This document shows positions 1-9,736 of a stretch of 64,000 nucleotides of DNA, piece by piece (the first letter of the stretch is position 1; every line of letters begins with the position of its first letter). A program made the position numbers and the translations under genes. The DNA is taken from IMG/VR virus record IMGVR_UViG_3300033066_001466, positions 10,720 to 74,719 of that record; one strand, written 5' to 3'. Origin of the DNA: a virus. Lineage: Duplodnaviria; Caudoviricetes. The notes beneath the pieces were generated by a model. It was not told the origin of the DNA. It saw only the letters and a program-made list of their open reading frames with translations, and made no database searches.

Positions 1-2
1 TG

Positions 3-836
3 GACCAAAACGGCGATAGTTGGCAAGAGTTTATGGTTTACCACGAAAAAGTTAAGATGTGGATGGAGAAAACTGGCGAAACCGACATATCTAAAAGCCC
101 TTGGTTTGGGGCTTGTGCAAACGACATAGATTGGGTCAATAGAGTTAAATTTCAAGGAGCGGCTCAAAAACATGTGTGTCATGGGATTAGTTCGACGATT
201 AACCTGCCTAACGATGTTACAAAAGAAAAAGTATCAGAAATTTACATTCAGGCTTGGAAGAGTAAGTTAAAAGGAATTACAGTTTATAGAGATGGCTGTA
301 GAACTGGAGTCTTGGTGGCTGATAAGAAGCCCGAAATTAGCTCACAGGATGCCATCAAACGACCTAAAGAGTTAGATTGTGATATCTATTATTATAATGG
401 AATGGGGGTTGTGGTGGGCCTTTTAGGAGGTTTACCATATGAAGTCTTCTTAATTAATGACTTTAAGCCCAAAAAACAACAAAAAACTGGCAAGATTTCC
501 CGAATTAAACAAAAACATTACAAGCTAACAGATGGTGACGAAACCCTATTAGAGAATGCAGAGGAACACTGCTCTCAAGAGCAAGAGGCTATGGCCCGAT
601 TAGCCTCATTGTCTTTAAGACATAATGTGACTTTAGATTATATTGTTACTCAACTCAGCAAAGTAAAAGGTTCTATGTTTGATAGTTGTAGGGCTATTTG
701 TAAAGCTTTAAAGAATTATTTGAAAGATGGCTCCACTATAAAATCCGAGAGATGTGATTCATGTGGTGGAAAAAATGTAGTTCATCTTGAGGGGTGTTTG
801 ACCTGCTCTGATTGCGGTATTTCTAAATGTGGTTAA
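3..836 (+). CDS. nrdJ: class II (B12-dependent) ribonucleotide reductase, C-terminal part; 5' end lies before the window
   Basis: Frame open from base 3. ISSTINLP and KGITVYRDGCR motifs, TSCPD-like region, terminal CxxC..CxxC Zn ribbon. Confidence 0.85.
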   Translation, partial: DQNGDSWQEFMVYHEKVKMWMEKTGETDISKSPWFGACANDIDWVNRVKFQGAAQKHVCHGISSTINLPNDVTKEKVSEIYIQAWKSKLKGITVYRDGCRTGVLVADKKPEISSQDAIKRPKELDCDIYYYNGMGVVVGLLGGLPYEVFLINDFKPKKQQKTGKISRIKQKHYKLTDGDETLLENAEEHCSQEQEAMARLASLSLRHNVTLDYIVTQLSKVKGSMFDSCRAICKALKNYLKDGSTIKSERCDSCGGKNVVHLEGCLTCSDCGISKCG

Positions 837-871
837 TTTTCCCTATTAACTTCTTTTGTGACATTCTCCAA

Positions 872-900
872 TTGACAGCTTCGCGAGTTCATGGTAGGAT
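872..900 (+). promoter_or_regulatory. sigma70-type promoter
   Basis: TTGACA-17nt-TAGGAT with TG extended -10, intergenic, 15 nt before ATG 916. Confidence 0.7.
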
Positions 901-915
901 TATAGTAGGTGACAA

Positions 916-1320
916 ATGACTTATCAGTTCAGATGTAATAAATGTAAATTTGACCAAGATAAAGAGTACTCATTTAAAGAGTTTGACCAGTTGAAGTCAG
1001 GCGAATTAGTCGATACTTGCTCAAAATGTGGTAAAAAAACTGAACGATTAATGGGAGGCGTCAACACTTTCGTATGGTTTTCAGACCCACGTACTTTAGG
1101 CTCTCTAGCCGACAGAAACGCTAAATACCGTATACCTCAAGTAGAAGCCGAAGAAGAGAAAAAACGGGAAGAGAAAATTAAAGCTGGCAAAAAAGTTCCT
1201 CCAAAGGAAATTGTTGTTCCTTGGGACGCTCCTGAACGACCAAAAGTTGATATGAAGGAAAGAAAAGAGAAGAAAAAAGAATTTATTGCCAAATATAAGA
1301 GACCAAAAAATGTCAAATGA
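916..1320 (+). CDS. FmdB-like zinc-ribbon protein
   Basis: MTYQFRCNKC...CSKCG..ERL pattern, followed by a basic tail. Confidence 0.7.
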   Translation: MTYQFRCNKCKFDQDKEYSFKEFDQLKSGELVDTCSKCGKKTERLMGGVNTFVWFSDPRTLGSLADRNAKYRIPQVEAEEEKKREEKIKAGKKVPPKEIVVPWDAPERPKVDMKERKEKKKEFIAKYKRPKNVK

Positions 1321-1606
1321 GATTGCAACTATTAATCACCCCAATGCCCCGCATTATGTCTTAGTCACTATGGATGTACGTTCATGCGAACTTAAAAATA
1401 CTGGCGAAATGGTTCCTGTTACTAAAAATAGACCATTTATTGTCAAAAAGAGGTTTAATAACCTAGAAGAAGCCAAAGTATTTGAGGCCGAAGGTATCAA
1501 GATGATGCTTGAATTAGAGCAAGAGCTAAAAGATGCTAAGTTTGATGACATAAAAGAAAATATACAGTTAAATATCCCCGAAAACGGAGAAAATAATGCG
1601 ACCTAA
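1310..1606 (+). CDS. hypothetical protein
   Basis: ORF tiles between neighbours; ATG 1310 preferred over TTG 1286. Confidence 0.6.
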   Translation: MSNEIATINHPNAPHYVLVTMDVRSCELKNTGEMVPVTKNRPFIVKKRFNNLEEAKVFEAEGIKMMLELEQELKDAKFDDIKENIQLNIPENGENNAT

Positions 1607-1997
1607 TCTAGATGAACTTGTGTTTAAAGCACCGCCCAAGAAAAAGGAAGGGTTTGCCCCAGAAAAATTAAGTAGAGTTACGGTTGCGTATACTTTTGAT
1701 GGGTTAGGTAACGAAAAGCCTGTTGACCCCGAAAGCTATGTCGCTTACGCTAAAGTAGATAAGATTAATGGTAGAGACCATCATTATGTCAAAGTTGCAA
1801 AAATGGGCGTAATGGCTGGACGACTTCCTAACCCAAAAGACCCAGATGATAGATATACCACAGGCCAAAAGGTTGGCGGAACACCCGTTTATGATTGGCA
1901 CCGTGTTAAGGCAGAAATTTTTAAAGAATATTTAAACTTCCTCAAGACTGGAGACAAGAAATGGCTAAACGCAGCACAAAGTCACCTAAGAAGCTAA
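1596..1997 (+). CDS. hypothetical protein
   Basis: 133-aa ORF with SD GGAG, overlapping its neighbours. Confidence 0.65.
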   Translation: MRPNLDELVFKAPPKKKEGFAPEKLSRVTVAYTFDGLGNEKPVDPESYVAYAKVDKINGRDHHYVKVAKMGVMAGRLPNPKDPDDRYTTGQKVGGTPVYDWHRVKAEIFKEYLNFLKTGDKKWLNAAQSHLRS

Positions 1998-2479
1998 CTA
2001 GGACTTGTAAGACCAAAGATACGCCACGGAATTTTAATGTGGCCGAAATTACATTTATTAAGGCTAATCCGAATATGACAGTAGAAGATTTGGCAGACGC
2101 TTTAAATGCTAGTGAAGGCGAAATTTACGCACTACGTGGCCAATATCCAGTAGTTCCTGCTCCTGAGCCAACAAACAAGATGATTTTCATCAAAGATAAT
2201 GCTGCGAATATGACGGTTAAACAAATGGCAGTCGCCCTTCATACGACCGAACAAGAGGTTGATGAGCTAATTAAAGGTTATAACACTGCTAATCGAGCTA
2301 TGATTCTTCAATCGTTTGTAGTTGGTAAGGACAAAAAACGTGGCACTGTTGTCGCTACAGAGGTAAGCAGCCAATTATCTGACACAAAAAATAGCATGAC
2401 TGGACCAGCTAGCGACGGATTCATTAAGCCGTTAAAAGAGGTGGATTTTATTTTTAAGACACGACCGGACGCAATCTAG
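1961..2479 (+). CDS. protein with two tandem HTH-like repeats
   Basis: FIKANPNMTVEDLADALNASEGEI repeated as FIKDNAANMTVKQMAVALHTTEQEV. Confidence 0.55.
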   Translation: MAKRSTKSPKKLTRTCKTKDTPRNFNVAEITFIKANPNMTVEDLADALNASEGEIYALRGQYPVVPAPEPTNKMIFIKDNAANMTVKQMAVALHTTEQEVDELIKGYNTANRAMILQSFVVGKDKKRGTVVATEVSSQLSDTKNSMTGPASDGFIKPLKEVDFIFKTRPDAI

Positions 2480-2499
2480 TCTCAAGGCCGACGGGCCAA
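2480..2499 (+). repeat. degenerate copy of the dispersed 21-bp gene-end repeat
   Basis: TCTCAAGGCCGACGGGCCAA directly after TAG; about 15/21 with one gap versus the copy at 62439. Confidence 0.4.
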
Positions 2500-2502
2500 G
2501 TT

Positions 2503-2530
2503 TTGACACAAAAGAGAATATCAGTATAGG
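2503..2530 (+). promoter_or_regulatory. possible sigma70 promoter
   Basis: TTGACA-16nt-TATAGG in an intergenic gap; -10 is imperfect. Confidence 0.4.
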
Positions 2531-2536
2531 TGATAA

Positions 2537-2605
2537 ATGACTAATTATTATGCCCCTTTTCGACGAGTAGCCCTGATAGATAACGAACAATATTGGATGA
2601 TGTAA
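2537..2605 (+). CDS. 22-aa small ORF / possible leader peptide (MTNYYAPFRRVALIDNEQYWMM)
   Basis: Leader AGGTGATAAATGACT nearly identical to that of gene 916; in frame with gene 2630. Confidence 0.4.
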   Translation: MTNYYAPFRRVALIDNEQYWMM

Positions 2606-2629
2606 TTATTAAAAAATCAAGCAATTAAA

Positions 2630-3136
2630 ATGTTAAAAATTAAAGATTCAGCCTACTTTAGTCGCCTCTATCATCACCACCTTGAAGCCAACTGGAAAGC
2701 CGTTCTTAGTAACGGCGAAATTGTTTATCAGGCCGATTATTTAACTGGCGACTCATGGCAACAATTACAAGATTACTGCCAAGAAAATAATCTCCAGTTA
2801 GAACATTTTGTGCTTGAATATCATGATAACGTTCTAAACATTTTGCCCCCAAAAGCTGAGGGATACTTCTTCCGAAGGGGCATTTTGTCCGAATTAATGT
2901 GTGAAGCTCTTGGCGATGGAAGTTCTACACCATTTCAGGGGAAACGCTCTAAAACTTTTATAATTGGATATTATGCCGGAGGATTATTGTATACCTACCA
3001 AGTTAAAGTGCCTGAATTAATCGTTATGTTTGGTGAAGAAGTAAGAGATAAAGACATGCAGATTAAGACTAAAGTGTGGGATAATAGGGCTTTGTTTATT
3101 CAGAAGGGCGAACATCGTGAACAAGAAAGTTTATGA
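2630..3136 (+). CDS. hypothetical protein
   Basis: 168-aa ORF. Confidence 0.65.
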   Translation: MLKIKDSAYFSRLYHHHLEANWKAVLSNGEIVYQADYLTGDSWQQLQDYCQENNLQLEHFVLEYHDNVLNILPPKAEGYFFRRGILSELMCEALGDGSSTPFQGKRSKTFIIGYYAGGLLYTYQVKVPELIVMFGEEVRDKDMQIKTKVWDNRALFIQKGEHREQESL

Positions 3137-3500
3137 TAGCAAATACACTGATAAGAAGGTCACTGCCGCCCAATTCTTAGCAGAAATGATGATTGTAAGA
3201 CTTGCCGCAAAAGAAAAAGTTAAGTTAGAAGAAAAATTCTGGAATAACCCCAAGTGGAGCAAGCAATTCAAATGGCAAATGACATTAGCTAACAACCTAT
3301 TAAAACTATATCCGGCTGGAAATATTATTCAGATTGTTTCAGGTAAAGACTTAGAGTGGGTTTTTTCATTAAACACTAAGGTTCTATTGAAGAAGATTGA
3401 AGCGATTGGCGTCTTGCAGACGTTAGAAGAAGAGCCTCCCAAAGTTGAGACCACTAGGAGAATTGATTGTAAAGGTCAGACATTATTTGATAAGATTTAG
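3117..3500 (+). CDS. hypothetical protein
   Basis: 127-aa ORF with overlapping start. Confidence 0.65.
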   Translation: MNKKVYDSKYTDKKVTAAQFLAEMMIVRLAAKEKVKLEEKFWNNPKWSKQFKWQMTLANNLLKLYPAGNIIQIVSGKDLEWVFSLNTKVLLKKIEAIGVLQTLEEEPPKVETTRRIDCKGQTLFDKI

Positions 3501-3505
3501 AGAGA

Positions 3506-3551
3506 CGGAGTATATACATGGTAGACCAATAGTTTTTATGGATTAACCATG
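3506..3551 (+). promoter_or_regulatory. putative phage late promoter CGGAGTATA plus hairpin covering the start codon
   Basis: CGGAGTATA at 3506-3514; CATGGT(3517-3522) pairs with ACCATG(3546-3551). Confidence 0.6.
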
Positions 3552-4385
3552 TCAAAATTAAGTGACCAACAAAAAATTGATTTAGTTCAAGAGTATACTA
3601 CACAAATAGTTACTGCTACAGATTTAGCTAATAAATATGGAGTTTCTTTAACATCTATTTCTAGCATTTTGAAAAATAGAGGAATAAAAAGAAGAATTCC
3701 ACGAAAATATCCATTTAATGAACAATATTTTGATGTTGTCGATAATGAAGATAAAGCATATATATTAGGATTTTTGTATGCGGATGGCTGTAATTATGAA
3801 AAAAGAGGCTCAATAATAGTAGCCTTACAAGAGACTGATGCTGAAATACTTAATCTTATAAAAGAAAAAATAGGTCTTAAAAAACCTCTTATGTTAAGAG
3901 ATAGGTCTAAAGACAAAGACTCAAATAAAAGGAAAAATCAATTAGCTTTAGAGATTTGCAGTAGACATTTTTCTAATTCTTTAGTACAATTAGGTTGTTT
4001 TCAAGCTAAGTCCTTAGTATTGAATTTTCCAACCAAAGAACAAGTACCAAGTCATCTTATGAGTCATTTTATGAGAGGGTATTTCGATGGTGATGCAAAT
4101 TTTCTCAAATATGAACATAAAGATAGAAATTGTCAAAACTATAAAATAAGTTTCGGGTCCAGTAACATATTTTGTAAATCTTTTGCTGATTTTATAAAGG
4201 AAAATTTTAATATTCATACATCAATTTATCATCCAAAAGACAAACATGAATTATATGACACAGTTATGATAAGTGGAAGGATTCAATGTAAAAAAGTTTT
4301 AGACTGGGTCTATAAAGACGCAACAATATACCTTAAAAGAAAATACGATAAATATCTAGAAATTTTCGGTGAACAAAATGGCTAA
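3549..4385 (+). CDS. free-standing LAGLIDADG homing endonuclease with N-terminal HTH
   Basis: AYILGFLYADGC and HFMRGYFDGD motifs; paralog of 21262..22296. Confidence 0.85.
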   Translation: MSKLSDQQKIDLVQEYTTQIVTATDLANKYGVSLTSISSILKNRGIKRRIPRKYPFNEQYFDVVDNEDKAYILGFLYADGCNYEKRGSIIVALQETDAEILNLIKEKIGLKKPLMLRDRSKDKDSNKRKNQLALEICSRHFSNSLVQLGCFQAKSLVLNFPTKEQVPSHLMSHFMRGYFDGDANFLKYEHKDRNCQNYKISFGSSNIFCKSFADFIKENFNIHTSIYHPKDKHELYDTVMISGRIQCKKVLDWVYKDATIYLKRKYDKYLEIFGEQNG

Positions 4386-5430
4386 AAAAAACAAAGAAGA
4401 CCTAGTTGAAATTCCTGAAGTCTCAAAAAATAATCTTAGTAGACTTCGTTCAATTCTTAAGACTAAGAAGTACGATAACGATATTCTTGTAGGCGGAAGC
4501 TCTCTGATTGATGACCCCCCAGAGCTTATCAGTATTAGTCCACGCATTGATTTACTTCTTAATGGGGGGATAACCTCTTCATCCTGGATAAATATCTTGG
4601 GTGCTGCGAAATTGGGTAAAAGTTCGATTTCTTTAAGAATGGCGGCACAAGCTCAAAAAAAAGGGTATTTTGTTTTATACGTAAATGCCGAGCACCGATT
4701 AAAGAAAATGAATCTAGAAGGAACTCATGGATTAATATATGATGACCCAGAAAAATTTATGATTCTTCAATCCTCTAGAGATAAAGTCCTTACAGGGCAA
4801 GATTTTCTAATTATTATAGAAGATATTCTCAAAAACTTCGATAAAGTAATTTGCATTATTGATTCTATTTCTTCTTTATCTCATCCTAAACAGGTAGAAG
4901 AAGGCACAGGAACTTATACGAGAGGTGGAATGGGAGTTTTGGTCTCTCAATTTATCAATAACTGTGCTCCATTAGTATGCCAAAGAAAACATATTATGAT
5001 AGTTATTCAGCAAATGTATAATAACACTGGGGGTTATGGAAAGACTAAGTTAGCTTCAGGTGGAACAAAAGTGACATATCAAGGCGATTGTATTTTAGAA
5101 GCGAAAAGTAAAACTGAGCTTAAAAGTGGAGAAAAGATTATTGGGCACAGTATAGAACTTTGCTGCGAATGTAGTAGTAATGGAACAATTCCGTTTACAA
5201 AAACAGATGCGTATATGAGATATGGATATGGAATAGACCCAGAATTAGAACTTGTAGAGATGGGAAAGGAATTTGGAGTTATTGAAGGAAGCGGATGGCT
5301 AAATTATAAAGACACAAAAATTCAAGGTTTAGCTAATTTTGCTGCCGAATTAAGGAAAAATAAAGAGCTTTACGAAAGTATTCAGTCTGATGTTAATAAG
5401 GCTATCGAAAGCTTAAGAGATGAGGCTTAA
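4378..5430 (+). CDS. recA: RecA/UvsX-like recombinase
   Basis: Walker A GAAKLGKS, YVNAEH, Walker B IIDSI, SGG..VTY motif, MRYGYGID. Confidence 0.9.
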   Translation: MAKKNKEDLVEIPEVSKNNLSRLRSILKTKKYDNDILVGGSSLIDDPPELISISPRIDLLLNGGITSSSWINILGAAKLGKSSISLRMAAQAQKKGYFVLYVNAEHRLKKMNLEGTHGLIYDDPEKFMILQSSRDKVLTGQDFLIIIEDILKNFDKVICIIDSISSLSHPKQVEEGTGTYTRGGMGVLVSQFINNCAPLVCQRKHIMIVIQQMYNNTGGYGKTKLASGGTKVTYQGDCILEAKSKTELKSGEKIIGHSIELCCECSSNGTIPFTKTDAYMRYGYGIDPELELVEMGKEFGVIEGSGWLNYKDTKIQGLANFAAELRKNKELYESIQSDVNKAIESLRDEA

Positions 5431-5838
5431 ATGAAATATAAAGGCACCGACCCGTCCGACAAAAGAGAATATCAATTAAAATTAAAAAAGGTTAATAATA
5501 AGTTTAAGTCAGAACTTCATCAGAAAGCTTACCAGATTATTAAGGAATTCTATCCGCTTTATCCAGTTTATGAAGAAACTAAGTTATGTGGAACTAAAAA
5601 TGACCTTTATATGGATATATTTATACCTAGTTTAGGACTAGCTGTAGAATGCCAAGGTCAACAACATTTTAAGTTCATTCCATTTTTCCATCAAAACATT
5701 GCAGGAATGGCCCGCGAAAGAATGAGAGATAAAGAAAAACGTCTTTGGTGCGAAATCAATGATATTACTCTAATAGAGTTAGCCTATAATGAGACGGAGG
5801 AAGTATGGCGGAACAAACTAGCGTTGCAGACAAAATAG
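5431..5838 (+). CDS. DUF559/Vsr-like PD-(D/E)XK endonuclease
   Basis: MDIFIP..LAVECQGQQHF...RDKEKRLWCE pattern. Confidence 0.65.
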   Translation: MKYKGTDPSDKREYQLKLKKVNNKFKSELHQKAYQIIKEFYPLYPVYEETKLCGTKNDLYMDIFIPSLGLAVECQGQQHFKFIPFFHQNIAGMARERMRDKEKRLWCEINDITLIELAYNETEEVWRNKLALQTK

Positions 5839-6299
5839 CTAAATTGGAGAAAAAGCTTGAAACTAGATTGGCCGAAAAAAAGTTATCTTTTAAAGCTGAA
5901 GATTCAGAAATAGATGAAATTTTTTCTTTGTGTGTTGAAGATTTGGGCAGATTGCCTCAACAAAAATTAGCTGAATATTCCTTCATTTTGTCACGATACA
6001 ATGTTTACTTAGCTAAAGAGCTTAATAAGGAACGCTCTGCACGAAACTGGGCCAAACGTAGTCTTGACTATATTGTGCTTCCTGTTTTGTCCAATTATCG
6101 TATTAATGGCTCATATATGTCAAATGATGAAGTACGAATTATAGCAATTAAAGATAATGATGTAGCTATTAAATTCCATGCGTATTTTGCCGAAAAAGAC
6201 CAAAATGTAGACTTGCTATCTGACCTATCTTATGATATAAGGAAGATGGCCGATTCGCTTACCGAAATTTCAAAATCTAAGAGGTATAACAATGGCTAA
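5805..6299 (+). CDS. hypothetical helical protein (possible recombination mediator, by position only)
   Basis: SD GGAGG; lies between recA and dnaB. Confidence 0.55.
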   Translation: MAEQTSVADKIAKLEKKLETRLAEKKLSFKAEDSEIDEIFSLCVEDLGRLPQQKLAEYSFILSRYNVYLAKELNKERSARNWAKRSLDYIVLPVLSNYRINGSYMSNDEVRIIAIKDNDVAIKFHAYFAEKDQNVDLLSDLSYDIRKMADSLTEISKSKRYNNG

Positions 6300-6681
6300 A
6301 AGAGGCCGACCCGCCAAAGTGGTAGAAAGTAATGAAGAAAAAGCTATTAAATTGATTACTGAGAATCCAGCAATTTTAGAAGCAGTTCTTAAGCTAACGC
6401 AGTCTAAAATAGCTCAACATCAAATTAATAAACGTGTCTATAAGCCCGATAAGCCCCAAGTTATGTTTGATGACCCCGCAATTGGCAAAGCTGAGGGAGA
6501 TTGGGATAAGAAAAGATATCCCAAGGGGAAATTTGTACCAAAAGAAAGATTTAAACCCGTAGAAAAGGTTTTGGTTCAATGTAATAAGTGCGGGAGAGCA
6601 GAATATGTCACGGGCGAAATATATGGGGACGAATTCAGTTACACATGCCTTAACTGCGCTCGACATAGGCAGTCAGATTGA
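6292..6681 (+). CDS. hypothetical protein with C-terminal Zn ribbon
   Basis: CNKC...CLNC. Confidence 0.6.
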   Translation: MAKRGRPAKVVESNEEKAIKLITENPAILEAVLKLTQSKIAQHQINKRVYKPDKPQVMFDDPAIGKAEGDWDKKRYPKGKFVPKERFKPVEKVLVQCNKCGRAEYVTGEIYGDEFSYTCLNCARHRQSD

Positions 6682-8089
6682 GAAACTGAAGGACGAAGCT
6701 GGGGAAAGTAGACTATTATCATCGGTTTTAAGACACGGTTTAGATGCTTATGTAGATATTGAAGGAATAGTTGTTGAAGACACGATGACTTGTGAACCAA
6801 CTCAGATACTTTGGAAGTGTCTAGTGGCTTTTTTTGATGTAGAAGAAGTAAAGCCTACCCTGTCTTCAATTCTTAAGTATTCTAAATCCTTAGGCTATGA
6901 CGTTTTTGACACTAAATCGGAGAAGGACTGGTTAATCTCCCTTTTTAATCTCCCCACCGAATTGCAGGATGCTAGAATATTGGGAGCAGAATTACGTAAG
7001 CTACAAGTAAAACGAGAATTGTATGGTCGCCTTGAGATAGCTGCTAACAAATTAATCGAAATTAATACCATAGAGCCGCTTTCAAAAATTATTTCATCGG
7101 TTGAAGAACCAATCGAAGAGTATTTGATGAAATTAGCATCTTCAGGCGACGAAGGAGAGTACCTTACTAAAGATGGAGATATTTATTTAGAGAATTTGTT
7201 TGCCAATCCAAATAGTGTCATTGGATTCAAAAGTGGTTATCCTAAATATGATGATTATATTGGTGGGGCTTTAGAGCCTGAAACAATGCATATTGTTATG
7301 GCAAGGCCCAAGGTGGGTAAGTCAAGTTTGGCCCTTAATATGGCAATAAATGTAGCCAAGCAAGGCTATCATTCTATAATTGCAGATATTGAAATGAGTA
7401 AGCGTAAGTGGCTTAACCGATTTTTATCTAACTTGACCAAGATTAATATCCGAAAATTCAAGAATTCAAACTTTTCTGAAGAAGAAAAAGACAAGATTAG
7501 CGATGCTTATAAGACTATTGCTAACTATCCTATTCTTTATTTGAATATTAATGGTAAGTCTCTTGAAGAGGCCTGTTTTTGCGTTAAAAGATTACTAAAT
7601 AAGAAGGTTGGTAAAAATTCCGCCGGAAAATACGATTGTTTGTTTCTGTATGACTACTTGAGAGTTAACGACACAGGAGATTTGTCTCATGATATCAAGG
7701 AATACCAAGCTTTAGGTTTTCAGGCCATTAAATTAAAGAACTTTACTATTCAGATGAAGATTCCTAGTGTGGCTTTTACTCAGCAGAGTCGTGAAGGCAA
7801 TGTTTCAGGCTCTGACAGAATTCTTTGGTTATGCGATAGTTTGGTTGAGTTTGCCAAAAAGACAGATGACGAAATAGCTGAGGATAGAGCGGCAGGCCTC
7901 AAGGGGTTCAACAGAAAAATGACACCAAGCGAAACAAGAGACGGCCCCGAAGTTGAAGATGGGTTATATCTAAATTATAGTTTTGATGGTGCAACCGCAA
8001 CGATTACTGAGGGGCCGACTAATGCCGAACTTCGCAACAAACAGCCAAAAATCCAAACAACAGAAGCAGATAAACAGACCGCTTTCTAG
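6605..8089 (+). CDS. dnaB: DnaB-like replicative helicase (true start probably near 6677-6686)
   Basis: Walker A ARPKVGKS, ADIEMS, Walker B FLYDYL, QQSREG...SGSDRI. Confidence 0.9.
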   Translation: MSRAKYMGTNSVTHALTALDIGSQIEKLKDEAGESRLLSSVLRHGLDAYVDIEGIVVEDTMTCEPTQILWKCLVAFFDVEEVKPTLSSILKYSKSLGYDVFDTKSEKDWLISLFNLPTELQDARILGAELRKLQVKRELYGRLEIAANKLIEINTIEPLSKIISSVEEPIEEYLMKLASSGDEGEYLTKDGDIYLENLFANPNSVIGFKSGYPKYDDYIGGALEPETMHIVMARPKVGKSSLALNMAINVAKQGYHSIIADIEMSKRKWLNRFLSNLTKINIRKFKNSNFSEEEKDKISDAYKTIANYPILYLNINGKSLEEACFCVKRLLNKKVGKNSAGKYDCLFLYDYLRVNDTGDLSHDIKEYQALGFQAIKLKNFTIQMKIPSVAFTQQSREGNVSGSDRILWLCDSLVEFAKKTDDEIAEDRAAGLKGFNRKMTPSETRDGPEVEDGLYLNYSFDGATATITEGPTNAELRNKQPKIQTTEADKQTAF

Positions 8090-9119
8090 CGGTCAAGATA
8101 ATCAGGCCTATCTTTATGGCCTAAATCTCGCCCTATGTAATAATTTTGACACAGTTCTTGATAGTCTTGGTATTGAAATGCAGTCATTTAATCGTTATAG
8201 AGCCTCAAAATGCCCAATCCATGATGGTGATAACCCTACTGCTTTAACCATTTATCCTGATTCTGAACCCTATGGATATTGGATTTGTAATACCAAAGGA
8301 TGTCATAAACACTTCACTAAGAATGCTATAGGCTTCATTTGGGGCGTCCTATCGGCCCGTAAAGGCTGGAATACCCATAATAGGCAGAAAACCCCCTTCG
8401 GCGAAATAGTCGAGCTTTGCAAGGGTCTGGTGGGCCATATTGAGATGCCTAAGATTGACCTTCGCGGCAAATTGTTGTCTGAGATTAGATTGCCTCGCGA
8501 AACAAAAAAGGGTGTAAGTAGGGATGTTATCCGAAATAAACTCAAAATCCCAGCAGAATACTTCTTAAGACCCGAAAATGGAGGATTCAAGGAAGAAACA
8601 CTAGACTTTTTTGATGTTGGTATACCTCATTCACCAAAACAAGAAATGTATAATCGTGTAATTATCCCTATTTACGATGAAAACTACATATATCTTGGCT
8701 GCCAGGGTCGCGCTCTCGATAACAATCCAATTCGCTGGAAAAATTCAGAAAGTCTTAATGGGCTACTTGGAGAAATTCTTTACAACTATCCGTTGGCTAA
8801 GTCGTCAATTCGTGATACAAAAGAAATTATATTGGTAGAAGGACCAAAAAGTGTTTGGCGATTAAATGAGGCCGGAATTCGTAATGTTGTTGGAATTCTT
8901 GGTAATTTTAAAAATGCCCAACAAATTAGCCTTGAAATGAGTGGAGCTTCTGTGATAAAATGTATGTTTGATAATGACCCTGCTGGGGAAGGATTTTATG
9001 AAACAGTACAGAAAAAGTGTAAACGACTCTTCCATGTTAGTAAAATTGAATATGGGGAGCCAAATAGTGACCCGGCCAACCTATCCGTAGAAGAAGTTAA
9101 GAGGATTTTCAACGTATGA
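8022..9119 (+). CDS. dnaG: DnaG-like primase
   Basis: CPIH...WICNTKGCH Zn finger, RVIIPI, GRAL, TOPRIM VEGP...FDNDPAG. Confidence 0.85.
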   Translation: MPNFATNSQKSKQQKQINRPLSSGQDNQAYLYGLNLALCNNFDTVLDSLGIEMQSFNRYRASKCPIHDGDNPTALTIYPDSEPYGYWICNTKGCHKHFTKNAIGFIWGVLSARKGWNTHNRQKTPFGEIVELCKGLVGHIEMPKIDLRGKLLSEIRLPRETKKGVSRDVIRNKLKIPAEYFLRPENGGFKEETLDFFDVGIPHSPKQEMYNRVIIPIYDENYIYLGCQGRALDNNPIRWKNSESLNGLLGEILYNYPLAKSSIRDTKEIILVEGPKSVWRLNEAGIRNVVGILGNFKNAQQISLEMSGASVIKCMFDNDPAGEGFYETVQKKCKRLFHVSKIEYGEPNSDPANLSVEEVKRIFNV

Positions 9120-9736
9120 TTATATATTTTGTAGGAAAAAAAGGTAGCGGTAAAAGCACTTGTTCTCAGTGGCTAATCGACAATCATAAATTCCAAAAAT
9201 TAAGTTTCGCCAAGCCTCTTAAGGACAGTATTGCTAACTTATATAAAATTGATGTTACTCTCTTGGGTGACTTATCCTACAAAGAAGGTAAATTAGCTCA
9301 GCCTTGGCCCTGGAACCAAGAAAAACTAGACCAATTATGTGCTTTCTTTTGTATCAAAATTGAAACCAAAGCTATAGATAGAGTTTTTGAGACTCCCAGA
9401 GAAGCCATGCAATATATTGGCACTGATATTTTAAGAACTTATGACCCGAATTTTCATATAAATAGAGCTATTCCAATTATTTCAAACTATATGGGTCTTG
9501 GTATAAACGTTTGTCTTGATGACGTTCGCTTTATTAATGAAGTCACAGAACTAGATAATATTGGTGGTATTGGAATTTATATCGAGAGGCCTGGACTACC
9601 ATCTAATAGTCATATTTCAGAAAATGAGCTTGAAAAATGCATGTTTACGAGATTGTTACTAAATAATGGCACAAAAGAAGAATTAATCGAAGATTTTAGA
9701 AGTATGCATTACAGACATATAACAAAAAAGGATTAA
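9116..9736 (+). CDS. deoxynucleoside monophosphate kinase (T4 gp1-like)
   Basis: GKKGSGKST P-loop, SFAKPLK, TPREAMQYIGT, DDVRFINE, SHISE. Confidence 0.85.
   Translation: MIIYFVGKKGSGKSTCSQWLIDNHKFQKLSFAKPLKDSIANLYKIDVTLLGDLSYKEGKLAQPWPWNQEKLDQLCAFFCIKIETKAIDRVFETPREAMQYIGTDILRTYDPNFHINRAIPIISNYMGLGINVCLDDVRFINEVTELDNIGGIGIYIERPGLPSNSHISENELEKCMFTRLLLNNGTKEELIEDFRSMHYRHITKKD

Noticed and set aside
2699-2707. Self-target for the TnpB guide (GCCGTTCTT)
   Set aside because: Only a 9-nt match with no TAM-like flank; expected by chance.
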